Shown here in pieces: positions 52,346 to 62,772 of a stretch of DNA of 64,000 bases. Both the position numbers and the translations under genes were made by a program. The notes under the pieces are model-generated. The model was not told the DNA's origin. It made no database searches and worked only from the letters and a program-made list of their open reading frames with translations. Source of the stretch: Candidatus Limnocylindrales bacterium (GTDB lineage: Bacteria; Chloroflexota; Limnocylindria; Limnocylindrales; CSP1-4); contig JBBQDL010000002.1 in NCBI GenBank assembly GCA_038319665.1, positions 25,289 through 89,288 of the forward strand, given 5' to 3'. Position 1 is the first letter of the stretch. Every line of letters starts with the position of its first letter.

Positions 52346-55300
52346 TCCTGCCACCGGGGGGCGGGGCGGCTTGGTCCTGACTCGTTCGGGTGTCGTTCGC
52401 GCTGCGCTGGCCCGCCGAGCCCCGGTCGGGACAGCCGGCCATGAGAGCGCGGTTCGGAGCCGGTCGATCCGGTAGCCGCCGGCGAGGGCCGCATCGGCCA
52501 GGCGCCGCGCGACGCGCGCGCTGGCGGCGGCAACGGCCGGGTCCGTCGCCTCGAGGAGGTCCAGCCGGACGGCCCAGCCGAGTACCTCGCGGAACCGGTC
52601 GCCGTCGAGGTACTCGACGCCCTCCCACGTGTTGACCCCCATCGCGACCCGGGTGTCCTCGCGGCCGAGCCACGCCTCGAGGAACCGCGCGGCCAGCGTC
52701 TTCGCCGGCCCGCGCATCGTCGACGGGCGAGGTAGTGCGAGGAGGACCCGAACGCGGTCGGTCACCGACCAGGCCTCGCCCTCGCCGAACCCGGTGTCGT
52801 GCAGCCCGCCGACGAGGGCGACCGGGAGGCGCAGCTCGTCGTACCAGGCCAGGCTCGTGGCGGCGACGTCGGCGCCGGGGGCGAGCTGGCCTGTCCGGCT
52901 CAGCGCCAGCCAGGCCAGCAGGATGGCGCGATCGCGCCGGTCGAGGCCGTGCCGCGGGTCCGGCGGCGCGTCGGGGTCGACGGGCTCGAGCTCGACACCG
53001 GCCGCGTTCGCCGCCGACGCCGCCGCGAAGAGGGCGTCCTCGGCCGAGACGGCCATCCCGACGAACGCACGTTCCGCCCGACGTCGCACCTCGGCCGCGA
53101 GCGCGATCGGGTCACCGTTCACGCCGGTTGCCTCGGCGACGGCTCGAAAGAAGGCCGCGAACCGTCCTTCGAGCTCGTCGAGCTGGGCCGTGGTGGCGAC
53201 GCCGTCCATGACTGCCACCGTCAGCCCGTCGGCGAAGATCGCCCGGAACGGCTGATGGACGGGTTCGAGCTGGAGCTCGCGCAGCGCGTCGTCGAGCGAG
53301 GGGACACCCGCTCCGTCGAGGTGGGCGGCCAGCCGGGCCCACTGGCCGGCAACCCCGTCCCAGACCTCGCGGAACTCCCAGAAGACGTTCGTCCCGTACG
53401 CATCGAGGGTGATCGCGAGCCCGTGCTCCCAGATCTCCTGGCAGGATCGGATGAATTCGACCCCGGTCCGCGCGTCCCGGAAGACGACGAATGCGCCGCG
53501 TTCGTTGGGCAGGCCCAGTCCCGCTCCGAGCGAGCTCCGGACCTGGCGCTTTCGACCGTCCGGGGACTTCTGCGCGTAGGCAGCCGAGTCTCGGATGCGA
53601 CCGCTCGTCGAGGCGAACCGGGCGTGGTAGACGACCAGCGAACGTTCGCGGCCGGACCCGTTCGAATAGGCGAGGACCGACTCGTCGACGTTGCCGTTCC
53701 CGATCACCAGGTCGTACAGCCGGAAGTCGTGCGCCTCGGCGAACCAGGCGCGCCGATGGAGGAGCGGGAAGATCTCGCGCTCATGACGCTCGACGAGCCA
53801 CGGGTCCGGGCGCTCGTCGAGCGTCGCGCGGCGGAACTCCATCCCGTACTTCTCACCGAACCCCTCGACCTGCCCGTGGCCGAGCATCGGCAGACCGGGC
53901 AGGGTCGCGAGCACCGTCGCCACGCCGAAGTACTTGTCGCCCTTGCCGAACTGGTCGAGTGCAGTCCTCTCGTCGGGGTTGCTCATGAAGTTGACGTAGC
54001 GCTTGAGGATCTCGGGGTCGAATTCGATGGTCTCCTTGATGACCTTCCGATAGCCCGCCCCGTCCTCGTCGCGGAGCATGTGCATGAACGCGCTGTTGTA
54101 GACGCGGTGCATCCCGAGCGTCCGGACGAAATAGCCCTCGAGCAGCCAGAACGCCTCGGCCAGGAGGAGCGTGCCCGGGATCTCCTCGGCGACCCGGTCG
54201 ACGACCTCGCGCCAGAACTCCTTCGGCATCCGCCGATCGAACTCGGCCCGGGGGATGGCGTGCTCGGCGCGTGACGGGATCCCGCCCGCGGACCCGGGTT
54301 CGGGCCACCACAGGCGCTGGATGTGCTTCTTGGCGAGGACCATCGCGGCGTCGAAGCGGATGATCGGGAAGCGGCGCGCGACATCGAGGATCGTCTGGAT
54401 CACCTGCTCGCGGACCTCGGCCATGAGGAAGTCGAGCTGGGCGGTGTCGTTCCAGGGGAAGCTCGTGCCGTCGTTGCCGTGATAGACGTAGCGCTCGTCG
54501 CCGGTCTCGCGATCGAAGCGCTTGAAGACGACGGCGGCGTCGCTGTCGTCCCAGTAGTGGTCCTCGAGGACGATCCCGACGCGCGGATCGGACGAGAGAT
54601 CGGGCCCGGTGTAGGTGTAGGCGGGGTAGGGCGGTTCGGGCAGCGAGAGGAACCACTCGGGGTGATCGATGACCCAGCGCGAATCGATGCCCATGTGGTT
54701 GGGGACCATATCGCTGGCGAGACGGATCCCGTGACTCGCCGCCCGATCGCGCAGGGTCGCGTAGGCCGTCTCGCCGCCGAGGTCTTCGGCGATCCGGTAG
54801 TCGTCGAGCGAGTAGGCGGACGCCACCGCGTCCGGGTTGCCACGCATCCGCTTGATCTTCTTCGACGCCTTCGAACGCTCCCACAGGCCGATCAGCCAGA
54901 GCCCCGTGATGCCCCACCGGGCGAGCGTCTCGAGCGCCTCGTCCGGGATCGCGTCGAGCGTGCGGATGTCTCGGCCGTGCGTTCGCGACAGCTGGTCGAG
55001 CCAGACATACGTGCTCTTGGCCATCAGTACGACCCGCGGCATCCAGGCCGAGTCGGACGAGAACGCCTCCGCCTCCTCCGAGGCGCTGCCAAAGGACGGT
55101 GTCTCGGTCGGTCCGCCACCACCGCCGCCACCGAAGCGCAGGTGGAGCGACCGCTCCTCCTCGGCGAGGACGCCGATGGCGAGATCGAGACGGCGGATCA
55201 GGTCCTCGAGCCCCGGTCCCAGGAGCCCGACCCAGTTCGCCCGGATGTAGCGCAGCTGCCCGGCCAGCGACGTCGGCGAGCGGCGGGCGGGGGTGCGCAT

Positions 55301-55861
55301 GAGCTCGATGAGCGAGGTGCCCGTGTCGTCCATCGGCGGCCCGCCCGCGAAGGTCGTCTCGAGCCGGTCGATGGCGTCGCGGTAGCGCGTCCCCTCGACG
55401 AGCGTCTTGTCGTCGATCAGCTCGCGCAGTGCCCCGACGGCCGGGTTCTCGTTGGACACCCGGGTCAGCAACAACTCCTCGAGCCGGTGCTCGCTGGGCT
55501 CGGGCTCGGGACCACTCCCCGGGAACTCCTCGCCGAACCGGTCGAGGAGCCGCCCGGCGTCGGGCCCGAGCCGGTCCTGGAGGTCGGCCAGGGCGACCCG
55601 CATCGCACCCGGCCGGCGCTCCTTCTCGTAGCGCGCGATCAGGAGGTGGCCGATCTCATGGAGCAGCCCGAGGGCGCCGATCTCCCCGGCCTGGATCGAG
55701 GGCGTGCCGGCGACCCGGGCCAGGTTCATCCGAGCCGCCAGTCGCCGGATCCCTGGTGCATCCGTGACGACGAGATCGCCCCGGGTCCCGATCAGCGGCC
55801 GGTCGACGGCGTACTTGTCGCGTGGCTCGCGCCGGATGTGGAATTCCCGGGGGTCGCCCAT
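52316..55861 (-). CDS. Large (1181-aa) alpha-amylase-family (GH13-like) protein with long unknown N- and C-terminal regions
   Basis: 'GIRLASDMVPNHMG', 'RFDAAMVL', 'LLLAEAFW', 'FMSNPDE' in GH13 region order. ATG 55861 lies 1 nt after the GntR stop. Confidence 0.75.
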   Translation of the reverse strand: MGDPREFHIRREPRDKYAVDRPLIGTRGDLVVTDAPGIRRLAARMNLARVAGTPSIQAGEIGALGLLHEIGHLLIARYEKERRPGAMRVALADLQDRLGPDAGRLLDRFGEEFPGSGPEPEPSEHRLEELLLTRVSNENPAVGALRELIDDKTLVEGTRYRDAIDRLETTFAGGPPMDDTGTSLIELMRTPARRSPTSLAGQLRYIRANWVGLLGPGLEDLIRRLDLAIGVLAEEERSLHLRFGGGGGGGPTETPSFGSASEEAEAFSSDSAWMPRVVLMAKSTYVWLDQLSRTHGRDIRTLDAIPDEALETLARWGITGLWLIGLWERSKASKKIKRMRGNPDAVASAYSLDDYRIAEDLGGETAYATLRDRAASHGIRLASDMVPNHMGIDSRWVIDHPEWFLSLPEPPYPAYTYTGPDLSSDPRVGIVLEDHYWDDSDAAVVFKRFDRETGDERYVYHGNDGTSFPWNDTAQLDFLMAEVREQVIQTILDVARRFPIIRFDAAMVLAKKHIQRLWWPEPGSAGGIPSRAEHAIPRAEFDRRMPKEFWREVVDRVAEEIPGTLLLAEAFWLLEGYFVRTLGMHRVYNSAFMHMLRDEDGAGYRKVIKETIEFDPEILKRYVNFMSNPDERTALDQFGKGDKYFGVATVLATLPGLPMLGHGQVEGFGEKYGMEFRRATLDERPDPWLVERHEREIFPLLHRRAWFAEAHDFRLYDLVIGNGNVDESVLAYSNGSGRERSLVVYHARFASTSGRIRDSAAYAQKSPDGRKRQVRSSLGAGLGLPNERGAFVVFRDARTGVEFIRSCQEIWEHGLAITLDAYGTNVFWEFREVWDGVAGQWARLAAHLDGAGVPSLDDALRELQLEPVHQPFRAIFADGLTVAVMDGVATTAQLDELEGRFAAFFRAVAEATGVNGDPIALAAEVRRRAERAFVGMAVSAEDALFAAASAANAAGVELEPVDPDAPPDPRHGLDRRDRAILLAWLALSRTGQLAPGADVAATSLAWYDELRLPVALVGGLHDTGFGEGEAWSVTDRVRVLLALPRPSTMRGPAKTLAARFLEAWLGREDTRVAMGVNTWEGVEYLDGDRFREVLGWAVRLDLLEATDPAVAAASARVARRLADAALAGGYRIDRLRTALSWPAVPTGARRASAARTTPERVRTKPPRPPVAGLPEQDPPKE

Positions 55862-55862
55862 C

Positions 55863-56885
55863 TCAGCCGGCGACGACCTCGGCCGGCCGGGTCGTCGCCA
55901 CGTGTTCGATCGCGCGCCGGAGGATTTCGAGCCCCGACGGATCGAAGTCGTAGGTCCACGGGCGGATCCGCTCCGGTCGGGACATCGTTCGGTCGAGGCC
56001 GGCCGCGAGCGCCTCACGCGACATCAGGATGATGTCGGCGGTGCGGTCCACGAGCTCGAGTCCGTCCGGCGCTCCGATGAGTGCCGAGACGATCTCGACG
56101 CCGGTCGCCCCTGACATGGCGAGGGTCTCGCGGATGTTGTCCGAGCCGCGATCGGATGCGCAGATGAGGCCGACCCGAGAACCGGCCAACAGCCCGGCGA
56201 TCTCGTGCACGAGCTCGACGTAGCCCGGTCCGACCAGCATCGCCACCACCGGGACGCGGCCGGCGGCCAGGACCTGCGCCTCGTCGGCATGGAACGTTGT
56301 GGTCGCCACAAGGTCGTAGTGGAATCGATCGAGGCGGTCGGGGAGGTCGTCGAGCAACGCACCCTCGGCCTCGATCAACCCGGGGAACTCGGCCACCAGC
56401 CGTTCGGCATCGAAGCCGGCATCGGCATTGGTGCATTCCGCATAGAGCACCCGGACGAGAGGCCCGGGCCGACGCCGCTCCGTCGCTGCCGCGAAAGTGG
56501 CAGTCGCGACCTCATCGGACGTGAACCCGGCGTGCGCCGCTCGGCGCAGCATCTCGGCGACGAGCCCGGCGAGGGCCTCCGCGCCGCGGCGCTGCGGTGG
56601 CCGGTCGGCGACGTGGGTCCCGGCACCGTGTCGACTGATGACGTAGCCGGCATCGGACAACCGTCGATAGACCGCCCGGATCGTGTTCGGGTTCACGCGC
56701 AACGCCGCACCGAGTTCTCGAACGGGCGGCAGGCGAGCCCCGGGCAGGAGCCGGCCGGAGTCGATCTGGTACCCCAGCTGCCAGTAGATCTGGGTCGAGA
56801 TCGGAACGTCCGAGTCGCGCTCGACATCGAGCGCCCCACCGGCCGTCCCGCTCACCACCCCTGATCCGCGATCGTCGATCGGCAT
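55863..56885 (-). CDS. GntR-family transcriptional regulator with ~230-aa uncharacterised C-terminal domain
   Basis: 'LPPVRELGAALRVNPNTIRAVYRRLSDAGYVISRHGAGTHV' winged-helix HTH. Confidence 0.8.
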   Translation of the reverse strand: MPIDDRGSGVVSGTAGGALDVERDSDVPISTQIYWQLGYQIDSGRLLPGARLPPVRELGAALRVNPNTIRAVYRRLSDAGYVISRHGAGTHVADRPPQRRGAEALAGLVAEMLRRAAHAGFTSDEVATATFAAATERRRPGPLVRVLYAECTNADAGFDAERLVAEFPGLIEAEGALLDDLPDRLDRFHYDLVATTTFHADEAQVLAAGRVPVVAMLVGPGYVELVHEIAGLLAGSRVGLICASDRGSDNIRETLAMSGATGVEIVSALIGAPDGLELVDRTADIILMSREALAAGLDRTMSRPERIRPWTYDFDPSGLEILRRAIEHVATTRPAEVVAG

Positions 56886-56925
56886 GGCGTGAACGATACC
56901 GCCGGGATGGCTGGCCGGACTCGGG

Positions 56926-58350
56926 TCAGTCGCGCCGATCGTCGGGTCCTGGCTGGCCGACCTCGGTCAGGGCACGCCGGTAGATCTCGGCGCCGTCGAG
57001 ATGGAAGCCGGGCGACGTCAGCAGGCCCAGGTCCGCGACCAGCCGGCGTTCCAGTCCGGCCGGTTCCAGGGCGTCGACCAGACGCGCCGCGTACGCCGCG
57101 GCGCGCATGACCGCGGCCGTCTCGGGCCGCATCGGGTCGTCCCAGTACCAGCCGTCGCTGGCGAACATCGCGAGTCGCCAGCGCTGTGCCGCCATCAGGG
57201 ACAGGAACGTCGCCGTCTGGCTCGTGGCCGGGGAGCCGCCGAACCATCGCGCGGCGAAGATCGCCGCGTCCTCGGCCCCGATGACCACGTCGACATAGGC
57301 GTCACGGGCCGCCCAGATGTCCGGCGCGCCGGGGAGCCCGGCCGCGACGTCCGCCGTGACCACGTCGATCCCGCCCGCCAGGCGCTCGAACGCCGACCGG
57401 AGCGGACCCTTCCAGCGGCCGTCGGGCACGCACGGGCACTCGGCGCTCCAGCGCAGGACGCCGTGGTGGCAGCTCCACGACGTGCGCTCGGCGATCGTCA
57501 CGAAACGGAACGGCCGGTTCTCCGTCTCGGCCAGCGCCTCCGCCAATGGCAGGACATCGAAATCGGGCCCGCCCCCGTCGTCGCGAGGCTGGACCAGCCG
57601 CTCGAGGAAGAGCTCGCGGAAGGTCTGGTGGTGGCCGTACAGCTCGCCGTCCGTCGCGATGACCACGAGCGGCGGCTCGTCGTCGGGGAGCGTGTCCGCG
57701 GCCATCCGCTGCTCGACGATGTCCTGGGCGAAGCGGTCCGCGTCGGCGGTGGCGTGCGGCGCGAACGAGACCGCGCTCGACAGGTCGCCGTCGTAGAACG
57801 CCACGACGATGCTCCGGCCATCGCCCAGGTCCACCCGGTACGGTCGGCGCGTGTCGATGGGGTGGTCCTCGGCCTGCCACGGCGCGAGGATCGTGTGCTG
57901 GACGCCGGCGTCGGCGAGCATCCGCAAGGTCGGCAGGTCGACGGCAGCCTCCGGCACCCACAGCCCGATCGCCGGCCGTCCGAAGCGCCATTCGAAATCG
58001 CGCAAGCCCCAGCGGATCTCGGTCCGGCGCTCGGCCGCGGAGGCGAGCGGCAGGATCGTGTGGTGGAAGGACTGGGCGATGCCGTTGACGCCGCGATCGC
58101 CGGCCAGGAAGCCGGCGTAGGCGGTCGGGTCGCCGCGCTCCATCCAGGCGGCCAGCGTCGGCCCGAGGTCCCACGACATGTGGCCGAGGTTGCCCCGCTC
58201 GGCATTCGGGCGGTAGCTCTCCGCGCTGACCCGTTCGGTCCAGTCATGGGCCGGGGCCGCCGATGGGTCGGCCGGGACGGCGCCGCTGAACGGGTCGGCG
58301 CGGGACGGCTGGTAGAAATGGCCGTGGACGACCAGGCGGCCGCGGCTCAC
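56926..58350 (-). CDS. GH57-related DUF3536-type protein
   Basis: 'LVVHGHFYQPSR', 'SFHHTILPLA', 'ATDGELYGHH'. GTGA overlap with the upstream GH57 gene. Confidence 0.7.
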   Translation of the reverse strand: MSRGRLVVHGHFYQPSRADPFSGAVPADPSAAPAHDWTERVSAESYRPNAERGNLGHMSWDLGPTLAAWMERGDPTAYAGFLAGDRGVNGIAQSFHHTILPLASAAERRTEIRWGLRDFEWRFGRPAIGLWVPEAAVDLPTLRMLADAGVQHTILAPWQAEDHPIDTRRPYRVDLGDGRSIVVAFYDGDLSSAVSFAPHATADADRFAQDIVEQRMAADTLPDDEPPLVVIATDGELYGHHQTFRELFLERLVQPRDDGGGPDFDVLPLAEALAETENRPFRFVTIAERTSWSCHHGVLRWSAECPCVPDGRWKGPLRSAFERLAGGIDVVTADVAAGLPGAPDIWAARDAYVDVVIGAEDAAIFAARWFGGSPATSQTATFLSLMAAQRWRLAMFASDGWYWDDPMRPETAAVMRAAAYAARLVDALEPAGLERRLVADLGLLTSPGFHLDGAEIYRRALTEVGQPGPDDRRD

Positions 58351-60536
58351 CGGCCGGTCGAGGGAGTCGGTCGGGGCGCGGCCGGCGCCGCCAGCTCCTC
58401 CTCGCTGCGATCGTGCGCCGTCGTCACGGCGTGGCTGACCGAGACCGTCCGGGTCGCGCCGGGTTCGAGCGCGACCGGCCACGAGAGCAGCAGCCCGGCA
58501 CCCTGGTACACGCGCTCGAAGCCGCTCTCCGAGTTCGAGACGGTCTCGACCGGTGCCCACCATGCCTCGGCGGGCTCCGAGATCGTCGTCGCGACCGAGA
58601 CGCCGACGTAGTCGTTGCCCTGGGCGAGCGCCGACACGCCGAGCGCCGTCCCTGCCGAATCGTGGCTGGTCCGCCTCCCGGCCACCTCCCACCAGGCTGC
58701 CGGGTTCCCGCCGCCACCGAGGAGCATCAGCGTCCACTCGAGGCCCAGGATGGCCTCGATCGCCGCGTCGGACCGATTGGTCACCGTCACGGCCATGGTG
58801 AGTGTCGGCGACCGCCGATCGCCACCGACGACCAGCTCCTTTCGGACGCGAAGGACCGCACCGACCGGCTCGACGACGGCATCGCGCGTCACCACCAGCC
58901 GGCCCAGCTCCAGCGTCTCGACGGCGTACCCGCCGTCGACGGCGTCCGCCAGGTCGGCCGCCTGTGCGGCTGCCCAGGCCGTCGCGTCCGTCCCGGGCGC
59001 GAGGAGACGAACGAGCCCTGATCGGCGTTCGTAGGCGTCGTAGTGCAATTGCGCGGCCAGTCCCTCCTCCTTCATCACCCGGCGCTCGTGGATCGACATC
59101 GGCCGGCCGGCCTCGTCCGTCCCGGACGCGACCATCGCGGCATCGGCGTCGCGGACCGCGTCGTGGTACGCCTCGGGCCGCCGGCGCAGGACGGCGCACA
59201 GCGCATGGCGGACGGGCCGGATGTCCCAGCCACCGATCCCGGCACCCTCGGCCAGATCGATCGTCACGACCTGCCCTGGCGCCGCCAGCCGGACATCGTC
59301 GATGCCGTCGAGGTCGAGGTCACGCAGTTCCGCGGCGTGGAGGGTATCGGTCGCGGTCTCGGCCAGGTCCTCGGCCGCGATCAGATGCTTGTAGGTCGCG
59401 AGCCGCATGTGGGCGATGTAGATCCCGCCGAACAGGCCGTGCCAGTAACAGTCGTTGCACTGCCCCTTGTACAGGTGGTCGAGCGCCAGCGGCCGAGCGC
59501 GCCCTTCCGGCATCGCCTCGACCGCATCGGACGCCCGCAGCATCTGCTTGTGCAGGTCGTTGATCTCGCGGTACTTGACCTGGAAGTTCCGCCACGACGC
59601 CCCCCGAAGCCAGCGCGCCTCGGGCCGGCTCTCGGCCTGCGCGGCGTGGAGCACAGCCGAGAAGACGCGGCCCTCCTCGGGCGGCAGCGCCCATTCGCCC
59701 ATCTCGACGTAGGAGCCCGTCGGGATGTAGACCCGGCCGATGGGCGGGTGCTGCGCGAGCCACGCCGAGGGGGTCGTCGTCGTGAGCCAATCGGCGTTGG
59801 CCTCGAGTGCCTCGAAGAAGCGGTCGACCCAGCGACGTTCGCCCCAGCAATGCTCGGCGGTCGTCGGCCACGCCCCGAACTTCTCGCCGTCGTCGCCCAT
59901 CATCCCGACCCGTTCGCCATCGTCGGTGGCGTGCTCCCGCAGGTAGTCGATGACCTCGTCGACCTCGCGGAAGGGGATCCGGTAGCGGAGCCCCTGCTCG
60001 GTCCCGAAGACGCGCACGACGTCGCCCTGGTCCTCGGTCGTGTACGGGCCCCAGAGGTCTTCCTCGGGGATGGCGGCCGCCCGGAAATGCGCGTCATCGA
60101 GGATCGTCCAGGCATAGCCCGCGGCGACCAGGGCGGTCGGCAGGTCGGGCTCCCAGACGCGCTCGGCGAGCCACGCCCCGTTGGGCCGCCGCCCGAATAT
60201 CGCCTCGACCTCGTCGGCCATCCGGCGCGCCTGGCCGAGGCGGTCGCGCTCGGGGAGCGAGGCCAGGACGGGCTCGTACAGACCGCCACCGAGGATCTCG
60301 ACCTGGTCGCGCTCGACAAGCGCGACGAGCCGGTCGATGAACCCGGGCTGCTCGGCGCGCAGCCAGTCGAGGAGGGGCCCCGAGTAGTGGAACGAGAGGC
60401 GGACCTGCGGGTGGCGTTCCAGCGCCGCGACCATCGGCTCGTACGCCTGTCCGAAGACCTCGGCGAAGACCCAGCCGAAGTTCCCGACCGGCTGGTGGTT
60501 ATGGATCGCGAGCGCGAGCGAGATCCGCGGAGTCAT
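58347..60536 (-). CDS. GH57-family alpha-glucan-active enzyme (4-alpha-glucanotransferase/amylopullulanase type)
   Basis: 'LAIHNHQPVGNF', 'SFHYSGPLLDWL', 'GGLYEPVLASL', 'WLAERVWEP', 'DDGEKFG'. Confidence 0.85.
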   Translation of the reverse strand: MTPRISLALAIHNHQPVGNFGWVFAEVFGQAYEPMVAALERHPQVRLSFHYSGPLLDWLRAEQPGFIDRLVALVERDQVEILGGGLYEPVLASLPERDRLGQARRMADEVEAIFGRRPNGAWLAERVWEPDLPTALVAAGYAWTILDDAHFRAAAIPEEDLWGPYTTEDQGDVVRVFGTEQGLRYRIPFREVDEVIDYLREHATDDGERVGMMGDDGEKFGAWPTTAEHCWGERRWVDRFFEALEANADWLTTTTPSAWLAQHPPIGRVYIPTGSYVEMGEWALPPEEGRVFSAVLHAAQAESRPEARWLRGASWRNFQVKYREINDLHKQMLRASDAVEAMPEGRARPLALDHLYKGQCNDCYWHGLFGGIYIAHMRLATYKHLIAAEDLAETATDTLHAAELRDLDLDGIDDVRLAAPGQVVTIDLAEGAGIGGWDIRPVRHALCAVLRRRPEAYHDAVRDADAAMVASGTDEAGRPMSIHERRVMKEEGLAAQLHYDAYERRSGLVRLLAPGTDATAWAAAQAADLADAVDGGYAVETLELGRLVVTRDAVVEPVGAVLRVRKELVVGGDRRSPTLTMAVTVTNRSDAAIEAILGLEWTLMLLGGGGNPAAWWEVAGRRTSHDSAGTALGVSALAQGNDYVGVSVATTISEPAEAWWAPVETVSNSESGFERVYQGAGLLLSWPVALEPGATRTVSVSHAVTTAHDRSEEELAAPAAPRPTPSTGR

Positions 60537-60546
60537 GCGGGCCGGC

Positions 60547-62724
60547 TTAGCCGGCCTCGGTCACGACCGGCTCACTCGCGGCCTTGGCCACCGTGATACC
60601 GGCGGCCGGCAGGTAGAGCTCCTCGGTGTACTCGTGGAGCATCCGCGTCGTCGAGAAGCGCCACAGCGCGGTCGCCATCGCGCGGCGCGTCACCGCGAGC
60701 CAGCGCTGGGGGACCCCGCCCTCGTCACGGTCGTAATAGCGCGGGATGATGTCGTCCTCGAGCTGGCGGTAGAGGTCGCCGGAGTCGCGCCAGTCCTGCG
60801 CCGCTTCGTCGGGGTCGGTCTCGCGATCGCCGATCGCCCAGCCGTTATCGCCCTCGTAACCCTCGTCCCACCAGCCGTCGAGCACGCTCACGTTGGGGAC
60901 GCCGTTCTGGGCCGCCTTCATCCCCGACGTCCCCGACGCCTCGAGCGGCCGGCGCGGGTTGTTCAGCCAGATGTCGACTCCCTGGACGAGGAACCGCGCC
61001 ACGCGGACGTCGTAGTTTTCGAGGATGTAGACCCGCCCGCGCAGCTGTGGGGAGCGCGAACGCTGGAAGATCTCCTGGATGACGCGCTGGCCCGGCCGAT
61101 CGGCCGGGTGGGCCTTGCCGGCGAACACGACCTGGACCGGGCGGTTCTCGTCGAACAGCATCCGTGCCAGCCGATCGATGTCGGTGAACAGGAGACCGGC
61201 CCGCTTGTAGGTCGCGAACCGGCGGGCGAAGCCGATCGTCAGGACGTCCGGGTCGAGCGCCGTCTCGAGCTCGGCAAGGACCGACGGCGCCTCCCCGTGC
61301 CGGGCGAACTGGCTGCGCAAACGACCGCGAGCGAAATGGGCGAGCTCGCGCTTCTGGCGGAGATGGGCGTCCCACAGGTCGCGCGCGGGGATGCGCTCGA
61401 GGCGCTCCCAGAACCGGCCCGCCTGGGTGCTCTCGTCCAGGTCGTCGAGGTCGGCGCCGAGGGCCTCGAGCAGGTGGGCGATCGGTTGGCCGATCCACGT
61501 CGGGCCATGGATCCCGTTGGTGATGCCAAGGATCGGATGGTCGACGACGCCCTGCCAGGTCTCGTTTGCGGTCTGGGCGTGGAGATGACTGACGGCGTTC
61601 GCACCGCGGGTCAACCGCAGTGAGAACGCGGTCATGTCGAACTGGCCGGGATCCTCGTCGACGCCCAGACCGAGATCGAGCACCTCCTGGACCGGGACGC
61701 CGCCGGCGTCGAGGAGGGGACCGGCCAGTCGTCGTACCAGGTCGGCGTCGAAGCGCTCGTTGCCTGCAGAGACCGGCGTGTGGATGGTGAAGACGCTGTC
61801 CCGTCGGACCTGGCCCCAGGCGTCGTCGAGGGCGACGCCGCGCTTGACGTACTCGCGGGCACGTTCGGCGAGGAGCAGCGCGGAGTGGCCCTCATTGAGG
61901 TGCCAGACGGCCGGCGCCAGACCGAGCGCCCGGATGGCGCGCACGCCACCGATGCCCAGCACGAGCTCCTGGTGGAGACGCATCTCGCGTCCGCGGACGT
62001 ACAGGATGTGCGTGATCGGGCGGTCGGCGTCGTTGTTCTCGGGCAGGTCCGTATCGAGCAGCAGGACCGGGACCCGCCCGACCTGGGCGACCCAGACCGC
62101 CACGGTCAGGGTGCGGCCAGGCAGCTCGACGGTGACCATCAGCGGGTGCCCGGACGCGTCCTGCACACGCCCGACCGGCCACCGGCTCAGGTCGTAGTCG
62201 GGGTAGTCGTGCTCCTGGTGCCCGTCCGCATCGATCGTCTGGCGGAAATAGCCCTTGCGATAGAGCAGGCCCACGCCGATCGCCGGCAGGGCCATGTCGC
62301 TGGCCGACTTCATGTGGTCGCCGGCCAGGACACCCAGACCGCCCGAGTAGATACCGAGCGACTCGTGGAAGCCGTTTTCGGCGCAGAAATAGGCGATCGG
62401 TCCGTTCAGCCGGTCCGCGTAGCGACGCTGGAACCAGTGCCCCGCGCCATTGGCCACATAGGCGTCGAACTCGGCGAGGACGTCGTGGTACTCGGCGAGG
62501 AACTTGGCGTCGTCGAGGAGCCGGGACCAGTCGGTCGGGCCGCTGATGACCGGGATCGGGTTGCGATAGCGGGTCCAGGCGGTCCGGTCGATGAGGTTGA
62601 ACAGGCCGCGCGTCCGTGGGTGCCAGGACCAGTGGAGGTTGTAGGCGAGCCGCCGGAGGCCTTCGAGTCTGGGTGGGAGTGGAAAACTCGCAGCCGGTAT
62701 CGACGGGATGTGGACGGGGTCCAT
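60547..62724 (-). CDS. glgP: Alpha-glucan (glycogen/maltodextrin) phosphorylase, GT35
   Basis: 'SGGLGVLAGDHMKSASD', 'LEASGTSGMKAAQNG' (PLP-lysine). Confidence 0.92.
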   Translation of the reverse strand: MDPVHIPSIPAASFPLPPRLEGLRRLAYNLHWSWHPRTRGLFNLIDRTAWTRYRNPIPVISGPTDWSRLLDDAKFLAEYHDVLAEFDAYVANGAGHWFQRRYADRLNGPIAYFCAENGFHESLGIYSGGLGVLAGDHMKSASDMALPAIGVGLLYRKGYFRQTIDADGHQEHDYPDYDLSRWPVGRVQDASGHPLMVTVELPGRTLTVAVWVAQVGRVPVLLLDTDLPENNDADRPITHILYVRGREMRLHQELVLGIGGVRAIRALGLAPAVWHLNEGHSALLLAERAREYVKRGVALDDAWGQVRRDSVFTIHTPVSAGNERFDADLVRRLAGPLLDAGGVPVQEVLDLGLGVDEDPGQFDMTAFSLRLTRGANAVSHLHAQTANETWQGVVDHPILGITNGIHGPTWIGQPIAHLLEALGADLDDLDESTQAGRFWERLERIPARDLWDAHLRQKRELAHFARGRLRSQFARHGEAPSVLAELETALDPDVLTIGFARRFATYKRAGLLFTDIDRLARMLFDENRPVQVVFAGKAHPADRPGQRVIQEIFQRSRSPQLRGRVYILENYDVRVARFLVQGVDIWLNNPRRPLEASGTSGMKAAQNGVPNVSVLDGWWDEGYEGDNGWAIGDRETDPDEAAQDWRDSGDLYRQLEDDIIPRYYDRDEGGVPQRWLAVTRRAMATALWRFSTTRMLHEYTEELYLPAAGITVAKAASEPVVTEAG

Positions 62725-62772
62725 GCGCGCGCATCATACCCGGTCCCTGAACCGCCCCGTACGATGCCGTCC

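Noticed and set aside
55646-55660. HExxH motif ('LHEIGH') in the N-terminal region of the giant GH13-like protein as a hidden metalloprotease domain.
   Set aside because: It is an isolated pentapeptide with no downstream third ligand or Met-turn pattern that I can recognise. Chance occurrence is likely, so it is mentioned only for completeness.
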